A stretch of DNA of 64,000 nt from Antedon mediterranea (taxonomy: Eukaryota; Animalia; Echinodermata). Shown piece after piece: positions 60,301-64,000 of the stretch (the first letter of the stretch is position 1; the number at the start of each line of letters is the position of its first letter). Where the stretch lies: positions 24,163,432 through 24,227,431 of the forward strand of contig NC_092679.1 of the NCBI RefSeq assembly GCF_964355755.1, in the 5' to 3' direction. A model generated the notes under the pieces. That model worked only from the letters and a program-made list of their open reading frames with translations. It ran no database searches and was not told the origin of the DNA. Position numbers and translations under genes: made by a program.

Positions 60301-63300
60301 TACTGTAACACATTTCTCACCTGTGGCATAGGACACACAGTACAGCAAAAGCAGCGTACTGTAACACATTTCTTACCTGTGGCATAGGACACACAGTACA
60401 ACAAAAGCAGCGTACTATAACACATTTCTTACCTATGGCATAGGACACACAGTACAACAAAAGCAGCGTACTGTAACACATTTCTTACCTGTGGCATAGG
60501 ACACACAGTACAACAAAAGCAGCGTACTGTAACACATTTCTTACCTGTGGCATAGGACACACAGTACAACAAAAGCAGCGTACTGTAACACATTTCTTAC
60601 CTGTGGCATAGGACACACAGTACCGCAAAAGCAGCGTACTGTAACACATTTCTTACCTGTGGCATAGGACACACAGTACAACAAAAGCAGCGTACTGTAA
60701 CACATTTCTTACCTGTGGCATAGGACACACAGTACAACAAAAGCAGCGTACTGTAACACATTTCTTACCTGTGGCATAGGACACACAGTACAACAAAAGC
60801 AGCGTACTGTAACACATTTCTTACCTGTGGCATAGGACACACAGTACAGCAAAAGCAGCGTACTGTAACACATTTCTTACCTGTGGCATAGGACACACAG
60901 TACAGCAAAAGCAGCGTACTGTAACACATTTCTTACCTGTGGCATAGGACACACAGTACAACAAAAGCAGCGTACTGTAACACATTTCTTACCTGTGGCA
61001 TAGGACACACAGTACAACAAAAGCAGCGTACTGTAACACATTTCTTACCTGTGGCATAGGACACACAGTACAACAAAAGCAGCGTACTGTAACACATTTC
61101 TTACCTGTGGCATAGGACACACAGTACAACAAAAGCAGCGTACTGTAACACATTTCTTACCTGTGGCATAGGACACACAGTACAACAAAAGCAGCGTACT
61201 GTAACACATTTCTTACCTGTGGCATAGGACACACAGTACAGCAAAAGCAGCGTACTGTAACACATTTCTTACCTGTGGCATAGGACACACAGTACAACAA
61301 AAGCAGCGTACTGTAACACATTTCTTACCTGTGGCATAGGACACACAGTACAACAAAAGCAGCATACTGTAACACATTTCTTACCTGTGGCATAGGACAC
61401 ACAGTACAACAAAAGCAGCGTACTGTAACACATTTCTTACCTGTGGCATAGGACACACAGTACAACAAAAGCAGCGTACTGTAACACATTTCTTACCTGT
61501 GGCATAGGACACACAGTACAGCAAAAGCAGCGTACTGTAACACATTTCTTACCTGTGGCATAGGACACACAGTACAACAAAAGCAGCGTACTGTAACACA
61601 TTTCTTACCTGTGGCATAGGACACACAGTACAACAAAAGCAGCATACTGTAACACATTTCTTACCTGTGGCATAGGACACACAGTACAACAAAAGCAGCG
61701 TACTGTAACACATTTCTTACCTGTGGCATAGGACACACAGTACAACAAAAGCAGCGTACTGTAACACATTTCTTACCTGTGGCATAGGACACACAGTACA
61801 ACAAAAGCAGCGTACTGTAACATATTTCTTACCTGTGGCATAGGACACACAGTACAACAAAAGCAGCGTACTGTAACACATTTCTTACCTGTGGCATAGG
61901 ACACACAGTACAACAAAAGCAGCGTACTGTAACACATTTCTTACCTGTGGCATAGGACACACAGTACAACAAAAGCAGCGTACTGTAACACATTTCTTAC
62001 CTGTGGCATAGGACACACAGTACAACAAAAGCAGCGTACTGTAACGCATTTCTTACCTGTGGCATAGGACACACAGTACAACAAAAGCAGCGCACTGTAA
62101 CACATTTCTCACCTGTGGCATAGGACACACAGTACAGCAAAAGCAGCGCACTGTAACACATTTCTCACCTGTGGCATAGGACACACAGTACAACAAAAGC
62201 AGCGTACTGTAACACATTTCTTACCTGTGGCATAGGACACACAGTACAGCAAAAGCAGCGTACTGTAACACATTTCTTACCTGTGGCATAGGACACACAG
62301 TACAACAAAAGCAGCGTACTGTAACACATTTCTTACCTGTGGCATAGGACACACAGTACAACAAAAGCAGCGCACTGTAACACATTTCTTACCTGTGGCA
62401 TAGGACACACAGTACAACAAAAGCAGCGTACTGTAACACATTTCTTACCTGTGGCATAGGACACACAGTACAACAAAAGCAGCGCACTGTAACACATTTC
62501 TTACCTGTGGCATAGGACACACAGTACAACAAAAGCAGCGTACTGTAACACATTTCTTACCTGTGGCATAGGACACACAGTACAACAAAAGCAGCGTACT
62601 GTAACATATTTCTTACCTGTGGCATAGGACACACAGTACAGCAAAAGCAGCGTACTGTAACACATTTCTTACCTGTGGCATAGGACACACAGTACAACAA
62701 AAGCAGCGTACTGTAACACATTTCTTACCTGTGGCATAGGACACACAGTACAACAAAAGCAGCGTACTGTAACACATTTCTTACCTGTGGCATAGGACAC
62801 ACAGTACAACAAAAGCAGCGTACTGTAACACATTTCTTACCTGTGGCATAGGACACACAGTACAACAAAAGCAGCGTACTGTAACACATTTCTTACCTGT
62901 GGCATAGGACACACAGTACAACAAAAGCAGCGCACTGTAACACATTTCTTACCTGTGGCATAGGACACACAGTACAACAAAAGCAGCGCACTGTAACACA
63001 TTTCTTACCTGTGGCATAGGACACACAGTACAACAAAAGCAGCGTACTGTAACACATTTCTTACCTGTGGCATAGGACACACAGTACAACAAAAGCAGCG
63101 TACTGTAACACATTTCTCACCTGTGGCATAGGACACACAGTACAGCAAAAGCAGCGTACTGTAACACATTTCTCACCTGTGGCATAGGACACACAGTACA
63201 ACAAAAGCAGCGTACTGTAACACATTTCTTACCTATGGCATAGGACACACAGTACAACAAAAGCAGCGTACTGTAACACATTTCTTACCTGTGGCATAGG

Positions 63301-64000
63301 ACACACAGTACAACAAAAGCAGCGTACTGTAACACATTTCTTACCTGTGGCATAGGACACACAGTACAACAAAAGCAGCGTACTGTAACACATTTCTTAC
63401 CTGTGGCATAGGACACACAGTACCGCAAAAGCAGCGTACTGTAACACATTTCTTACCTGTGGCATAGGACACACAGTACAACAAAAGCAGCGTACTGTAA
63501 CACATTTCTTACCTGTGGCATAGGACACACAGTACAACAAAAGCAGCGTACTGTAACACATTTCTTACCTGTGGCATAGGACACACAGTACAACAAAAGC
63601 AGCGTACTGTAACACATTTCTTACCTGTGGCATAGGACACACAGTACAGCAAAAGCAGCGTACTGTAACACATTTCTTACCTGTGGCATAGGACACACAG
63701 TACAACAAAAGCAGCGTACTGTAACACATTTCTTACCTGTGGCATAGGACACACAGTACAACAAAAGCAGCGTACTGTAACACATTTCTTACCTGTGGCA
63801 TAGGACACACAGTACAACAAAAGCAGCGTACTGTAACACATTTCTTACCTGTGGCATAGGACACACAGTACAACAAAAGCAGCGTACTGTAACACATTTC
63901 TTACCTGTGGCATAGGACACACAGTACAGCAAAAGCAGCGTACTGTAACACATTTCTTACCTGTGGCATAGGACACACAGTACAACAAAAGCAGCGTACT
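54322..64000 (-). repeat. 56-bp satellite (about 173 copies, open at the window end) whose unit is the ATG/signal-peptide exon plus the 5' splice site of the ZP gene
   Basis: Minus-strand unit ATGTGTTACAGTACGCTGCTTTTGTTGTACTGTGTGTCCTATGCCACAG|GTAAGAA encodes MCYSTLLLLYCVSYAT plus a phase-1 donor. Confidence 0.97.

Noticed and set aside
54322-64000. CRISPR-like array
   Set aside because: No unique spacers and no cas genes; eukaryotic context with pure tandem units.

Overview
AT-rich, intron-containing animal DNA, inferred to be an invertebrate deuterostome (probably an echinoderm). I reconstructed four multi-exon minus-strand genes by hand, all with phase-consistent GT-AG junctions: (1) a CIROP/LMLN2-like leishmanolysin (M8) metallopeptidase (25208..6880, 17 coding exons); (2) a UNC5CL-like TM-ZU5-UPA-Death gene (31159..27449); (3) a secreted F-type-lectin-like/LamG/PAN protein (42269..36962); (4) an Ig-CUB-MAM-mucin-ZP type I membrane protein (54377..43171). 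The window also holds a broken intronless GPCR, an antisense Ig-like gene and its pseudogene nested in an intron, an intact RTE LINE, three different Penelope-like elements with hammerhead ribozyme motifs, a tRNA-containing (TA)n-associated repeat, a 5S-derived SINE, several MITEs and several satellites. The main observation concerns the 56-bp satellite filling 54322..64000 (about 173 copies, running off the window). Its unit is the complete first coding exon of the ZP gene: ATG, 16 signal-peptide codons, a phase-1 G and a GTAAGA/GTGAGA splice donor. The copies are head-to-tail with a 49/50/99-unit higher-order structure. All calls were made by eye, with no database searches.
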